From assembly GCA_963795085.1 (NCBI GenBank), contig CAWCFX010000001.1, positions 832,001-896,000 of the forward strand: DNA of 64,000 bases. Reading direction: 5' to 3'. The position numbers and the translations under genes are program-made. Source of the stretch: an uncultured Gemmatimonadales bacterium (GTDB taxonomy: Bacteria > Gemmatimonadota > Gemmatimonadetes > Gemmatimonadales > GWC2-71-9). This document shows, one piece after another, positions 1 through 9,248 of this stretch (the first letter of the stretch is position 1; each line of letters opens with the position of its first letter). The notes under the pieces are model-generated. The model had not been told where the DNA came from. It did no database searches and saw only the letters and a list, made by a program, of their open reading frames with translations.

Positions 1-700
1 GCTGGTCATGACCATGATCGCGTTCGACTTCATCATGGCGCTGCAGCCCCACTGGTTCAGCAACCTGCTGGGCGGGTTCTTCTTCGCGGGGGCGTTCCTG
101 AGCGGGCACATGCTGCTGGCCCTGACCTCGATGTACGGGGGCCGGGCCACCGGGGTGGCCGACCTCATCTCGCCCAAGCAGCGCCACGACCTGGGCAAGC
201 TCTGCTTCGGCTTCACCGTCTTCTGGGCCTACCTGATGTGGGCCCAGTTCCTGGTGATCTGGTACGGCAACCTGCCCGAGGAAACCGGGTTCGTCTTTGC
301 CCGGCTCTGGGGCCCCTGGCTGCCGGTGGGGCGGGCCGTCTTCCTCGGCATGTTCGTGCTGCCCTTCATCGGGCTCCTCGGCGTGAGCCCCAAGAAGTTC
401 AAGCCCAGCCTGGCGCTGTTCGCGGTGATCAGCCTGACCGCGCTCTGGCTGGAGCGCTACCTGCTGGTGATGCCGTCAGTGACCGCCGCGGAAGGGCCCC
501 TGTTCGGAATGCCGGAACTGGGCGCCACCCTGCTGCTCGCCGGCCTCTTCCTGCTGGCGTATTGGAGCTTTGCCCAGCGCTATCCCATGGTCTCGCCCCG
601 GCTCGCGACGATCACGATTGACGGTGAGCGGCACCACGCCGAGACGCCGTTCGAGCACGAGGAGGCGGAATCGGATTACGCGCCGGAGGCGCAGCACTAG
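1..700 (+). CDS. actF: Polytopic membrane protein, ActF/NrfD-like subunit of alternative complex III (5' truncated by window)
   Basis: Multiple TM helices; motifs DFIMALQPHWFS, HDLGKLCFGF, YLMWAQFLVIWYGNLPEE typical of ActF. Confidence 0.75.
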   Translation, partial: LVMTMIAFDFIMALQPHWFSNLLGGFFFAGAFLSGHMLLALTSMYGGRATGVADLISPKQRHDLGKLCFGFTVFWAYLMWAQFLVIWYGNLPEETGFVFARLWGPWLPVGRAVFLGMFVLPFIGLLGVSPKKFKPSLALFAVISLTALWLERYLLVMPSVTAAEGPLFGMPELGATLLLAGLFLLAYWSFAQRYPMVSPRLATITIDGERHHAETPFEHEEAESDYAPEAQH

Positions 701-765
701 ACAAAGGGGGCAAAGAGGGCAAGGGGGCAAGAGGGCAAGAGGCTGACCCGCCAGGCTAAGACACC

Positions 766-808
766 AAAGCGAAGGATCTCTTCCCATCCGGGTGAGATCC
801 TTCGCTTT
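766..808. terminator. Bidirectional intrinsic terminator-like hairpin
   Basis: 15-bp arms AAAGCGAAGGATCTC / GAGATCCTTCGCTTT between convergent genes. Confidence 0.75.
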
Positions 809-810
809 TG

Positions 811-925
811 CCCACTGACCCACTGACCCACTGGCCCACTGATCCACTAACCCACTGACCCACTGGCCCACTGACCCACTGACCCACTGACCCCCTGACC
901 CACTGACCCACTGACCCACTGACCC
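811..925. repeat. Octamer tandem repeat (CCCACTGA)n, about 14 copies
   Basis: Directly visible; intergenic. Confidence 0.95.
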
Positions 926-932
926 CCTTTAC

Positions 933-1946
933 CTACTGCTTCTTCGGCATCGCCAGCCGGTTCATGAGGGCGCGGACCGAGTCGGCGGGACCCCGGATGG
1001 CGACCATCCGGTCGCCGAAGCGCATGGTCATAAGCGCGTCGAGAGCGCTGCTGGCCGAGAGTCCCAGGCTGCTGCGCTGGCCATCCCGGGCCAGCAGGTT
1101 GCTCATCTGGGCGGCGGGGCCTTCCATGGTGCGGATGACTTCGCCGGTGGAAAGCTGCTGTTCGACCGCCACGATGCGTTCCGCCGGCTGCACCCCCTGC
1201 ACCTTGACCTGGACCACCGGCAGTCCGGGCACCGACGCCACCGGGGCTCCCGATTCCTGCTCGGCATCGCCCATGGTGACGATCCGCCACATGCTCTCCG
1301 TCGCCAGCTCGCCCAGGCCCTGCCCGGGCGAGAGCATGGCGCTGTTGGAGGCTGCGAACTCGCTGGTATCCTGGGCGGGCGGAAGGGCATCCACCGCCAC
1401 CGTGAGGTTGAGCGAGGCGAGGGAGTCGGCCACGACGCGCTCCGCCGCCGGCGGGGCGGCCATCGCCGGGCGCGGGGCCGCGGGGCGGGGCGCCGGGGTG
1501 GTGATGACCGTCGCGAGGGGCGAGGATGGCGCCCGGGAACTATCCGGAACGGACAGCAACTGGGCCGCAGCTGTGTCCGGGCCTCGTACCGAGACCAGAT
1601 TCCCCCCGGACGCCTCCCCGCTACCCAGCAACCAGTTGGCCGACCAGCCGAGGCCCAAGGCCCCCAGCAGGCTGGCGGCCCAGATTCCCGCCCGCATGGC
1701 CCGTTGCCGGCTGTGGACCACGCCCCGGGCGCGGGCCCGGATGGTTTCGATTCCTGGAGGTAACGTGACCGGCGGAGCCAGCACCGACAGCAGCGCCGTG
1801 GTCCGGTCCCGCAGGGCGGCGATGCCGTCCCGGTGGGCCTGACAGCGGGCGCAGCCGGCCAGGTGGCTCTCGATTTCCACGCACTGCGACCGGCTCAGGG
1901 CCTGGTCGAGATAGGCGTGCAGTTCGTCCTCAGGAATGTGCGGCAT
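933..1946 (-). CDS. Anti-sigma factor with zf-HC2 zinc finger and one TM helix
   Basis: N-terminal HLAGCARC (HxxxCxxC), TM segment, overlaps ECF sigma gene. Confidence 0.85.
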   Translation of the reverse strand: MPHIPEDELHAYLDQALSRSQCVEIESHLAGCARCQAHRDGIAALRDRTTALLSVLAPPVTLPPGIETIRARARGVVHSRQRAMRAGIWAASLLGALGLGWSANWLLGSGEASGGNLVSVRGPDTAAAQLLSVPDSSRAPSSPLATVITTPAPRPAAPRPAMAAPPAAERVVADSLASLNLTVAVDALPPAQDTSEFAASNSAMLSPGQGLGELATESMWRIVTMGDAEQESGAPVASVPGLPVVQVKVQGVQPAERIVAVEQQLSTGEVIRTMEGPAAQMSNLLARDGQRSSLGLSASSALDALMTMRFGDRMVAIRGPADSVRALMNRLAMPKKQ

Positions 1947-2511
1947 TGTCCGTGTGCTCTCTGGCTTCTTCCCGGTCGTGCGCTTCGACCAATCGGCGGC
2001 GGGCCCGCGCCAGGGTGGTGCCCACGGCCCCCACGGCCAGCCCGGTCTGCTGGGCGATCTCCGGGTAGCTCAATCCCGAGTCCCAGAGCAGCAGGACCTC
2101 CCGGTCCCGCGGGGTCATCAGGTTCAGCGCCCGCTGGACCTTGGCCATCTGTTCATCGTGCTCCACCGCGTCGTCCGCCGCCGGTTCCCGGGTCGGCATG
2201 ATCACCGGGTCGGAGGTCAGCAGGGTCAGGTGCCGCTTCCGGCGCACCGCGGCCCGGGCCTCGTCCCGCGCCAGGTTGGCCGCCACCGCGAAGACCCAGG
2301 CCCGCGGTTTTTCCGGCCGGTGCGCCATCGCGCGAACGAAGACCTCCTGGGCCAGGTCCTGCGCGCGGTCCGCGTCCCATACCTTGCGGTAGAGGAAACG
2401 CACGACGGCGTTATAGGTTGTCCGGTACAGGGACTCCAGTTCGTCGTCCAAGACGGCTCCTTGAAGTGGCGCGGCTGGTTCTAGGACGCCTGAGGGGACA
2501 ATGGGATGCAC
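1930..2511 (-). CDS. ECF RNA polymerase sigma-70 factor
   Basis: Region 2 (AQDLAQEVFVRA, WVFAVAANLARD) and region 4 (LSYPEIAQQTGLAVGAVGTTLARAR). Confidence 0.92.
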   Translation of the reverse strand: MHPIVPSGVLEPAAPLQGAVLDDELESLYRTTYNAVVRFLYRKVWDADRAQDLAQEVFVRAMAHRPEKPRAWVFAVAANLARDEARAAVRRKRHLTLLTSDPVIMPTREPAADDAVEHDEQMAKVQRALNLMTPRDREVLLLWDSGLSYPEIAQQTGLAVGAVGTTLARARRRLVEAHDREEAREHTDNAAHS

Positions 2512-2522
2512 AAGTAAAGGGG

Positions 2523-2777
2523 GTCAGTGGGCAAGTGGGCAAGTGGGACGGACCCCTGACCCCCTGACCCCCTGTCCCACTGTCCCACTGTCCCCCTGAC
2601 CCACTGACCCACTGTCCCACTGTCCCACTGTCCCACTGACCCACTGTCCCACTGTCCCACTGTCCCACTGTCCCACTGACCCACTGTCCCACTGTCCCAC
2701 TGTCCCACTGCCCACTGCCCACTGACCCACTGACCCACTGTCCCACTGACCCACTGACCCACTGTCCCACTGTCCCC
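2523..2777. repeat. Octamer tandem repeat (CCCACTGW)n, about 27 copies, with a short inverted head (xAGTGGG)
   Basis: Directly visible; same unit as 811-925. Confidence 0.95.
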
Positions 2778-3524
2778 TTATCCCTTCGCAAACACACACC
2801 CCGGGTGCAGCCCCCGCCCCTTGTGGGGCCATTCGCTGCACAGGTCCGGTTTGGCGGGCCTCCCGTCCGGGCGGACTCGGCCATGGAGCGTACAGGCCAC
2901 CCCGTCGTCGGCCAGGAAGTCGCAGGCAGAGATCAGCTCGGCCTCGATGGAAAAGGGGCCGGCCCGCTCGATCTTGCACAGATAAGGCGACTGGCGGGCC
3001 CGGATCCAGCTCTCCAGCCGGGTTTCGTGGGCCTCGCACATGATCTCGATTTCCAGGTCCCGGCAGCAGGCGGCCTTCCGCGTGTGGTCCGCGGTGCGGC
3101 AGGGGGCGCTGGCGCAGGGATTGGGACCGGCGAACACCGGGAGGCTGCGGGCCGGCTGGGGCAGTCGTGCCGGGCTCAACCGGGCGCCGGTGACCACCCG
3201 GAACCGGTCGCCGTCGAGCCGGCGAGGCTGCGCCGGCCGCCGGGTGGGGCGGGGGGTCCGGGACCGGTACCCATACATGGAGCACTCCGCTGTCGCCCCC
3301 TTTTCCTTTAGATGCCGGCAGGGGACATGGAGCACCGCATCCACGAACATGTCCTCCCCGTCATCCCAGGGGTCGCCGAAGTCCACCCGCTGGGTATGAC
3401 CCAGCAGCCAGGTCGCCTCGTGGTCCAGCGAGGCGGCTCCGTTCTCGAATGTTCCGATCCGGAGGGTGACTTTGAGGCGGCGGCACTGCGACCCCATACT
3501 GGGGCAGAGCGGGGGGATGTTCAC
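2778..3524 (-). CDS. Cysteine-rich protein, YkgJ/zinc-iron-chelating-like
   Basis: CASAPC..ACC, CDFL..ACTLH..KPDLC clusters; GTG at 3524 chosen to avoid overlap with the cupredoxin gene. Confidence 0.6.
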   Translation of the reverse strand: MNIPPLCPSMGSQCRRLKVTLRIGTFENGAASLDHEATWLLGHTQRVDFGDPWDDGEDMFVDAVLHVPCRHLKEKGATAECSMYGYRSRTPRPTRRPAQPRRLDGDRFRVVTGARLSPARLPQPARSLPVFAGPNPCASAPCRTADHTRKAACCRDLEIEIMCEAHETRLESWIRARQSPYLCKIERAGPFSIEAELISACDFLADDGVACTLHGRVRPDGRPAKPDLCSEWPHKGRGLHPGCVFAKG

Positions 3525-3651
3525 CGGGGAGAACTGGTGTATCTTGGACCGTCCGAGTATACTTGTGAAAGCATTCACAAGCTCGGTTTTGGGGGGGTAG
3601 GTTTCGATCGTTTCATCAGCACATACTAATGTTACCGGAGGCCTGACAGCA

Positions 3652-4113
3652 ATGCGTGCGAATTTCCTTCTGGCGGGGTTGGTAGTGGTTCTGGCGGGGT
3701 GTGGCGGCGAGAAAAACCATGATACGGCGGCGGACACGACGGGGGCGATGGCCCCGGCGCCCGCCCCGGCGACCGGCGTCGGCACCACCCACGATGTGAA
3801 CATGGTGCTCGAAGGGTCGGACTACAAGTTCGTCCCCGCGTCGCTGACCATCAAGGCGGGGGACCAGGTGCGGTTCCACGACATGAGCGGCGGCCCGCAC
3901 AACGTGCAGTTCTATCCGGACAGCATCCCGGCCGGCGCCGCGGCGGCGATCGATGCCGGCATGCCGGACAAGATGGGCCCGCTGGCGAGCCCGATGGTCG
4001 AGACCGGGGGCGCCTATACGATCAGCTTCGCCGGCGCGCCCACCGGCGAGTACAAGTACTTCTGCCTGCCGCACCAGGCGATGGGCATGAAGGCGATGAT
4101 CACCGTCCAGTAA
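3652..4113 (+). CDS. Plastocyanin/azurin-family blue copper lipoprotein
   Basis: Lipobox LAGC; type-1 Cu ligands PHNV and CLPHQAMGM. Confidence 0.92.
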   Translation: MRANFLLAGLVVVLAGCGGEKNHDTAADTTGAMAPAPAPATGVGTTHDVNMVLEGSDYKFVPASLTIKAGDQVRFHDMSGGPHNVQFYPDSIPAGAAAAIDAGMPDKMGPLASPMVETGGAYTISFAGAPTGEYKYFCLPHQAMGMKAMITVQ

Positions 4114-4136
4114 GTCCGGACGTTCCGCGCCGCACG

Positions 4137-4168
4137 ACGACCCCCTCACGGGGGTCGTTTTGTTTTTC
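4137..4168 (+). terminator. Intrinsic terminator
   Basis: ACGACCCCC-tcac-GGGGGTCGT followed by T-rich tract. Confidence 0.8.
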
Positions 4169-4220
4169 TGCCCGCCACCGGCCGATTGCATCCCGGTCCG
4201 CATCGGGCCACATTGCGAAG

Positions 4221-6230
4221 GTGATGAGACTACTGCGCATCCTCCGCGGGTCCTCCGCCAAGTGGTACGTCCTCGGCATCGCCAGCGCGGTGGCGGCCGG
4301 GTGGATCATGCGCGCGCCAGACCCGCTCCCCCCTCAGCTCGAAGACCGTCACGGCGAGGAGGAAGCCGACCAGCCGCCGGACCCCGAGGCCATCGAGCTG
4401 GTCCTTGCGGCGCGCGCCTTCGACCGGGCGCACGACTCGGTGCGGGCCCGGCAGGCGTACCTCGAGGCCGGAACGGCCCTCTCACCCATCGAGGACTACC
4501 TGCGCCTCCGCGCCGCCCAGCTCTTTCCCGATAGTGCCGATCGCTGGCCGCTGTATCGGCGGGTCCGCACCAGCCCGGCCCGCGAACAGGTCGAACTGGT
4601 CGAGGCCCGGGTGCTCGAAAAACGGCAGGACCTGGCCGGGGCCATCCGCCTCCGCCAGTCCCTGGGGCAGCCGGCCGAGGTGTTCCGGTTGCGCCTGCAG
4701 GCGGAGAGCCCCTCGGGGCGGCGCGGCGTGCTGCGGGACCTGGTGCAGTGGGTGGAGGACTCGGCACAGGCCCCGCCCCGCAGTGCGGTGGCCGGCGCAG
4801 CCTTCTCCTATCGGCAGGACCTTTCCGCCGCTTCCCTCCTCACGCTGGCCCGGGCGGCCTCCCCGGCCACGTCCTCGACCTACTATGCCCTGGCTGAAAC
4901 GCGGGGAGCCCGGCTGGCTACCGCGGACCACGCCGCGTGGGGCGAGGCACTCTTCAACGCCGGAAAGTACCGGGACGCGGCCGGCCGCCTCCGCCGTGTC
5001 TCGGGAGGACCGGCGGAGCCGAAGAGCCTCCTGTTGCGAAGCCGGGCCATGCTCCGGGCCGCGATGCCCGGAGGAAAACCGCTGCTGGCAGAACTCCTTC
5101 GCCGGTTTCCCCGTGATACCACCGCCGTCCCCACCGCGCTCTTCCTGCTGGGCGACCTGGCGCGGGACACCGACGACTACACCGCCGCCCGCCGCTACTG
5201 GAAAGACCTGGGAGTGCGCTTTCCCACCAGCGGCCCGGCGCCCCGTGCCCGTTTTCTCGCCGCCCTGATCCTCTATACCCAGGGAAACCGCTTCGCCGCC
5301 GCCGCCGAGTGGGACTCGCTGTTCACGACGGGGCAGGGCGAGGAGGAAGCCCTGGCCGCCGGGTACTGGGCGGGGCGGGCGTACCAGGAATCGGGCGATT
5401 CGGCCCGGGCCGCGGACCTCTGGCAGCGGGTGCTCACCCGGAGCCGGCTGTCCTACTACAGCCGGCTGGCGCACCGCCGCTTAGGCCGGCGGGATTCCAC
5501 CCTGCAGCGCGGCGACGACAGCTTCGAGAGCACCCGGGAGCTGCGCGCCGCGCGGACCCGGGTGAGCCTGCTGGCGGTCACCGGGCTGGCGCCGGAGCTC
5601 GCCGGCGAGATCACCTGGCTGGCCGCCCGGGCCGGAGACGACCCGACCGACGTGCTGGGTACCGCGGCGATTCTCCGCGACCACAACCGGGCCGCGCTCA
5701 CCGCCCAGCTGGGGTGGCGCGCCCTGGCCAACGGCGCCGCCGACAGCCGGACCTACCGCCTGATCTTTCCGTTGATGTTCGAGGAACCGCTTAGCGCCGC
5801 ATCGAAAGCCGCCGGAGTGGAGCCGGCGCTTTCCGCGGCGCTGATCCGGCAGGAATCATTGTTCGACAGCGCCGCGACTTCCCGTGCCGGTGCCCGGGGC
5901 CTCATGCAGCTGATGCCCTCGGTGGGCAAGGAGCTGGCCCGGCAGGCCCGGATCGGCCGGTGGGACGCCGACTCCCTCTACCAGCCGCGCCGGAACCTCC
6001 AGCTCGGCACCACTCACCTCGCCTGGGCGATCAACCGCTACGGCGGACTGGAGCGGACCCTCGCCGCCTACAACGCGGGGGGCAGCCGGGTGACCCGCTG
6101 GTCGCGGTTCCCCGGCAGCAACGATCCAGAGTTGTTCGTGGAGTGGATTCCGTTTCCCGAGACCCGGACCTACGTGCGCACCGTGCTCCGGAACCTGGAG
6201 TTCTATCGAGGGCTATACGCCTGGAACTGA
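4221..6230 (+). CDS. slt: Soluble lytic transglycosylase with TPR repeats
   Basis: SLT motifs ALIRQES, GARGLMQLMP, LAAYNAG, ETRTYV; N-terminal anchor. Confidence 0.9.
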   Translation: MMRLLRILRGSSAKWYVLGIASAVAAGWIMRAPDPLPPQLEDRHGEEEADQPPDPEAIELVLAARAFDRAHDSVRARQAYLEAGTALSPIEDYLRLRAAQLFPDSADRWPLYRRVRTSPAREQVELVEARVLEKRQDLAGAIRLRQSLGQPAEVFRLRLQAESPSGRRGVLRDLVQWVEDSAQAPPRSAVAGAAFSYRQDLSAASLLTLARAASPATSSTYYALAETRGARLATADHAAWGEALFNAGKYRDAAGRLRRVSGGPAEPKSLLLRSRAMLRAAMPGGKPLLAELLRRFPRDTTAVPTALFLLGDLARDTDDYTAARRYWKDLGVRFPTSGPAPRARFLAALILYTQGNRFAAAAEWDSLFTTGQGEEEALAAGYWAGRAYQESGDSARAADLWQRVLTRSRLSYYSRLAHRRLGRRDSTLQRGDDSFESTRELRAARTRVSLLAVTGLAPELAGEITWLAARAGDDPTDVLGTAAILRDHNRAALTAQLGWRALANGAADSRTYRLIFPLMFEEPLSAASKAAGVEPALSAALIRQESLFDSAATSRAGARGLMQLMPSVGKELARQARIGRWDADSLYQPRRNLQLGTTHLAWAINRYGGLERTLAAYNAGGSRVTRWSRFPGSNDPELFVEWIPFPETRTYVRTVLRNLEFYRGLYAWN

Positions 6231-7131
6231 AACCACCGCGGGCTCCCGGCCGGCCCGCTCCTCCAGCCTTCGATCCTGGGTCCGGCGCCCCAGCGCCCAT
6301 GCGACGAGCATGCCCAGCAGCACCCCGGCCAGCGCATCCACCGCATAGTGCATCTGGGTATAGACCACTCCGACCGTCAGCAGCACCGTGGGCGCCAGCA
6401 GGATCCAGCCCAGCCGCCGCGACCCCATCCAGCCACTGATCGCCGCCGCGACCGTCCCCGCCACGTGGGAGGATGGAAAGGCGGCGCCATACGAACTCCC
6501 GCTCGACAGCGTCGCGTACACCAGGCGGGCCGGCGGGTTATCGAGGAACCAGGCTTCGGGCCGCGCGAATTCGTAGTAGGGACCCGCCACCGGAAAGAGA
6601 ATGAACCAGAGATAGCAGGCCAGGAAGGTGGCGAAGATGATGAGCACCGACCGGCGCAGGCTGGCCGCGTCCCGGGTGAGCGCGAACCAGGCCAGCGGCA
6701 GCGGGACGATGATGTAGTACGAGAAATACGAGAGGTGAAACAGGGTGGAGAGCAACCCCGCTGGGCCGGGCCTGCCACCAGGCGCGGCTGACCTGGCCGC
6801 CGAAGAGGGCGGTCTCCCACTGCTGCACCAGGGAGTCATACACCCGCACCTGGCCCACCCCGTTCAGCAGGTCGAGGGAGCTGTAGAGCGGAACCAGCAG
6901 CAGCAGCGGATAGACTTCGCGCAGGGCCCGGCCGGTGACGCCGAGCCCGGGGCGCGCCAGCAGCAGCACCATCAGGGCGATCAGCGCATAGGCGGCCAGC
7001 GCCCACCAGGCGGCGGGCCGCTCCGGCGCCCGGACCATCGCCACGATCCCCGCGATCAGCAGGAATCCCAGGAAGAGACGATCCACCAGCCGCAACCCGT
7101 GCCGCCGGTGGGGAGCGGTGGCGGCGGTCAT
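6213..7131 (-). CDS. PAP2-superfamily membrane protein, Aur1/IPC-synthase-like; split by a 1-bp frameshift at about 6756-6759
   Basis: Motifs FPVAGP, AAFPSSH, HYAVD; removing one base of a G4 run joins the two ORFs (WWQARPSG-LLSTLFHLSY). Confidence 0.75.
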
Positions 7132-7136
7132 CGGGG

Positions 7137-8105
7137 TTACATCCACTGCTGGGCCCGGTACCAGTCCAGGGTGCGGGCGGCGCCGGCGGCGAAATCGTGC
7201 GCCGCCCGCCAGCCGCTGTCCCGGGTGAGCGGCGCCGGATCCGCCGTCCACGCCGGAGCGAAGAACTCGTTGGCCTTGTCGGGGGTGAGCAGAGTGGGCT
7301 TGCCGGTGATCCGCGCGCCGGCCGCGGTCACCGCCAGGAGGCTCCGGGCGACGACCGATGGAAGCGGGAGAATGGTCACGCCCTTTCCCATGGCGCGGCC
7401 GATGGCCTGGATCATCTCCGCGCTGGTGAGCACCTCGGGGTGGCAGGGGTAGTAGATGTTGCCGGTGGTCTTTTCCGCATGGCCCGCCGCGGCCAGCGCC
7501 TCGCCCAGGTCGGGCCCATAGACCAGGGACAATTCCTGCCGGCCGCCGCCGAACACCGGCGCCACGCCCAGCCGCGCAATCTTGAAGACCTTGAGGATCT
7601 CCCGGTCGCCGGGACCGTACACGGCGGGCGGACGCAGAATGATCCAGGGCAGGGCACCTGCCTTCACGACCGCTTCGCCGGCCAGCTTGCTTCGGCCATA
7701 GGCGGTGACCGGAGCCGGGGTCTCTTCACCGGTGAGCGGCCGACCCGATGCGCTGGGCCCGCCGGCCGCCATGGAACTCACCAGCAGAAACCGGGGCCGC
7801 CCGGCGGCGGCGGCCGCTGCCAGCAGCCGGGCCGTCCCGTCCCGGTTCACCGCCAGGAACCCGGCCTCGTTCCGCGCCGCGACCAGCCCCGCCACGTGAT
7901 AGACGATGTCCTGGTCCCGGACGGCCTCGGCGAGCGCCGCCTGGTCATCCAGGTCGCCCTGGACCAGGCGGACCCCGAGCCCCTCGAGCGACCGGGCCTT
8001 GGTGGGAGAGCGGACCAGCGCCGTGACCTGGTCACCCCGGCGCACCAGCGCATCGACCAGGTGGCGGCCGACGAAACCGGTGCCGCCGGTGACCAGCGCC
8101 TTCAT
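7137..8105 (-). CDS. NAD-dependent epimerase/dehydratase (extended SDR), candidate ceramide reductase
   Basis: TGGTGFVG, YGRSK; position in spt operon. Confidence 0.85.
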   Translation of the reverse strand: MKALVTGGTGFVGRHLVDALVRRGDQVTALVRSPTKARSLEGLGVRLVQGDLDDQAALAEAVRDQDIVYHVAGLVAARNEAGFLAVNRDGTARLLAAAAAAGRPRFLLVSSMAAGGPSASGRPLTGEETPAPVTAYGRSKLAGEAVVKAGALPWIILRPPAVYGPGDREILKVFKIARLGVAPVFGGGRQELSLVYGPDLGEALAAAGHAEKTTGNIYYPCHPEVLTSAEMIQAIGRAMGKGVTILPLPSVVARSLLAVTAAGARITGKPTLLTPDKANEFFAPAWTADPAPLTRDSGWRAAHDFAAGAARTLDWYRAQQWM

Positions 8106-8111
8106 GGGCGC

Positions 8112-9248
8112 CTACAGCGCCCGGTCATACAACCGGTACGTCTTGTAGTGCGTGAAGTTCATCTTCTCCAGCCCCAGCTTCATCGCCGCATTGTCCTCCA
8201 GCACCCAGCCGCCCTCCGCCCAGTAGATCTTGTGATCGCCCGACTTGGTCCAGATCCAGTGGTAGAGCGCGGAGTCGATTCCCTTGCCGCGGAACTCCGG
8301 CAGCACGCCGAGGAGCAGGACGCGGGAGCGGGTGATCTTCTGGCGCTTGAGGCTCCAGAGCAGGTCGAGCGCGGCGGGCAGCATCCTTCCCGACCGGTAC
8401 TTCCGGAAGACGACGTTGAAATCCGGCAGGGCCAGCGCGAACCCCACCGGCCGGCCGTCCTTCATCGCGAACACCACCTGGTCGGGGATGACCACCGGCT
8501 TGAACTGCACGGCCAGGTGGTCGATCTCCGCGTCGGTCATCGGAATGAATCCCCAGTTCTTCTCCCAGCACGCGTTGTACAGCACCTTGACCCGGTCCAC
8601 CTCGGCCTGGAAATGCTTCTTGTTGAGCGGCCGCAGGGTGACGCCGGCCCGTTTCATCATCACTTCCACCGCGCGGGTAAGGCGATCGGGCACCGGGACG
8701 TAGGCCACTTCGCTGCCGCCCTGGTACATCAGCAGGTCTTTCGCCTTGGCGAAACCGGCCCGCTCCAGCAGAGTGGCGTAGTAGGGCGGATTGTGCGGGG
8801 TCATGATGGCGGGGTAGTACTCGAACCCCTGCACCAGGAGGCCGCACTCGTCGTTGACGCTGAAGGAGGCGGGGCCCCGCAGGGTATCGTGACCCTTCTC
8901 GCGGCACCACTCGGCGGCGCGGTCCAGCAGGGCATCGGCGACCGCCTGGTCGTCAATGCACTCGAAGAACCCGAAGAACCCGACCCGGTCCTGGTGGGTC
9001 TCGTTGTGCAGGCGGTTGCTGATGGCGGCGATCCGGCCCACGACCCGGCCCTCCCGCTCGGCCAGGAAGTATTCGGCTTCGGCGTGCTCGAAGAAGGGGT
9101 TTTTGTCGCGGGAGAGGAGCAGCTTCACGTCCCGACGCAACGGCGGGACCCAGATCGGGTCCCGCTGGTGGAGCTGATAGGGCAGGTCGATGAATTGCCG
9201 GAGCGGCCGGCCCTCGTTGGCCGGCCGGATGCTGACCGGTGCCGTCAG
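8112..9248 (-). CDS. GNAT-fold acyltransferase, candidate bacterial ceramide synthase (start uncertain)
   Basis: VVGRIAAI, GFFGFFECIDD, HNPPYY, LLGVLPEFRGKG, WVLEDN; coupled to spt stop codon. Confidence 0.75.
   Translation of the reverse strand: MTAPVSIRPANEGRPLRQFIDLPYQLHQRDPIWVPPLRRDVKLLLSRDKNPFFEHAEAEYFLAEREGRVVGRIAAISNRLHNETHQDRVGFFGFFECIDDQAVADALLDRAAEWCREKGHDTLRGPASFSVNDECGLLVQGFEYYPAIMTPHNPPYYATLLERAGFAKAKDLLMYQGGSEVAYVPVPDRLTRAVEVMMKRAGVTLRPLNKKHFQAEVDRVKVLYNACWEKNWGFIPMTDAEIDHLAVQFKPVVIPDQVVFAMKDGRPVGFALALPDFNVVFRKYRSGRMLPAALDLLWSLKRQKITRSRVLLLGVLPEFRGKGIDSALYHWIWTKSGDHKIYWAEGGWVLEDNAAMKLGLEKMNFTHYKTYRLYDRAL

Noticed and set aside
476..2884. ORFs with GQWVSGSV/GQWDSGTV repeats (and CTLHAAR, GIDGI ORFs elsewhere)
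   Set aside because: Translations of non-coding tandem repeats
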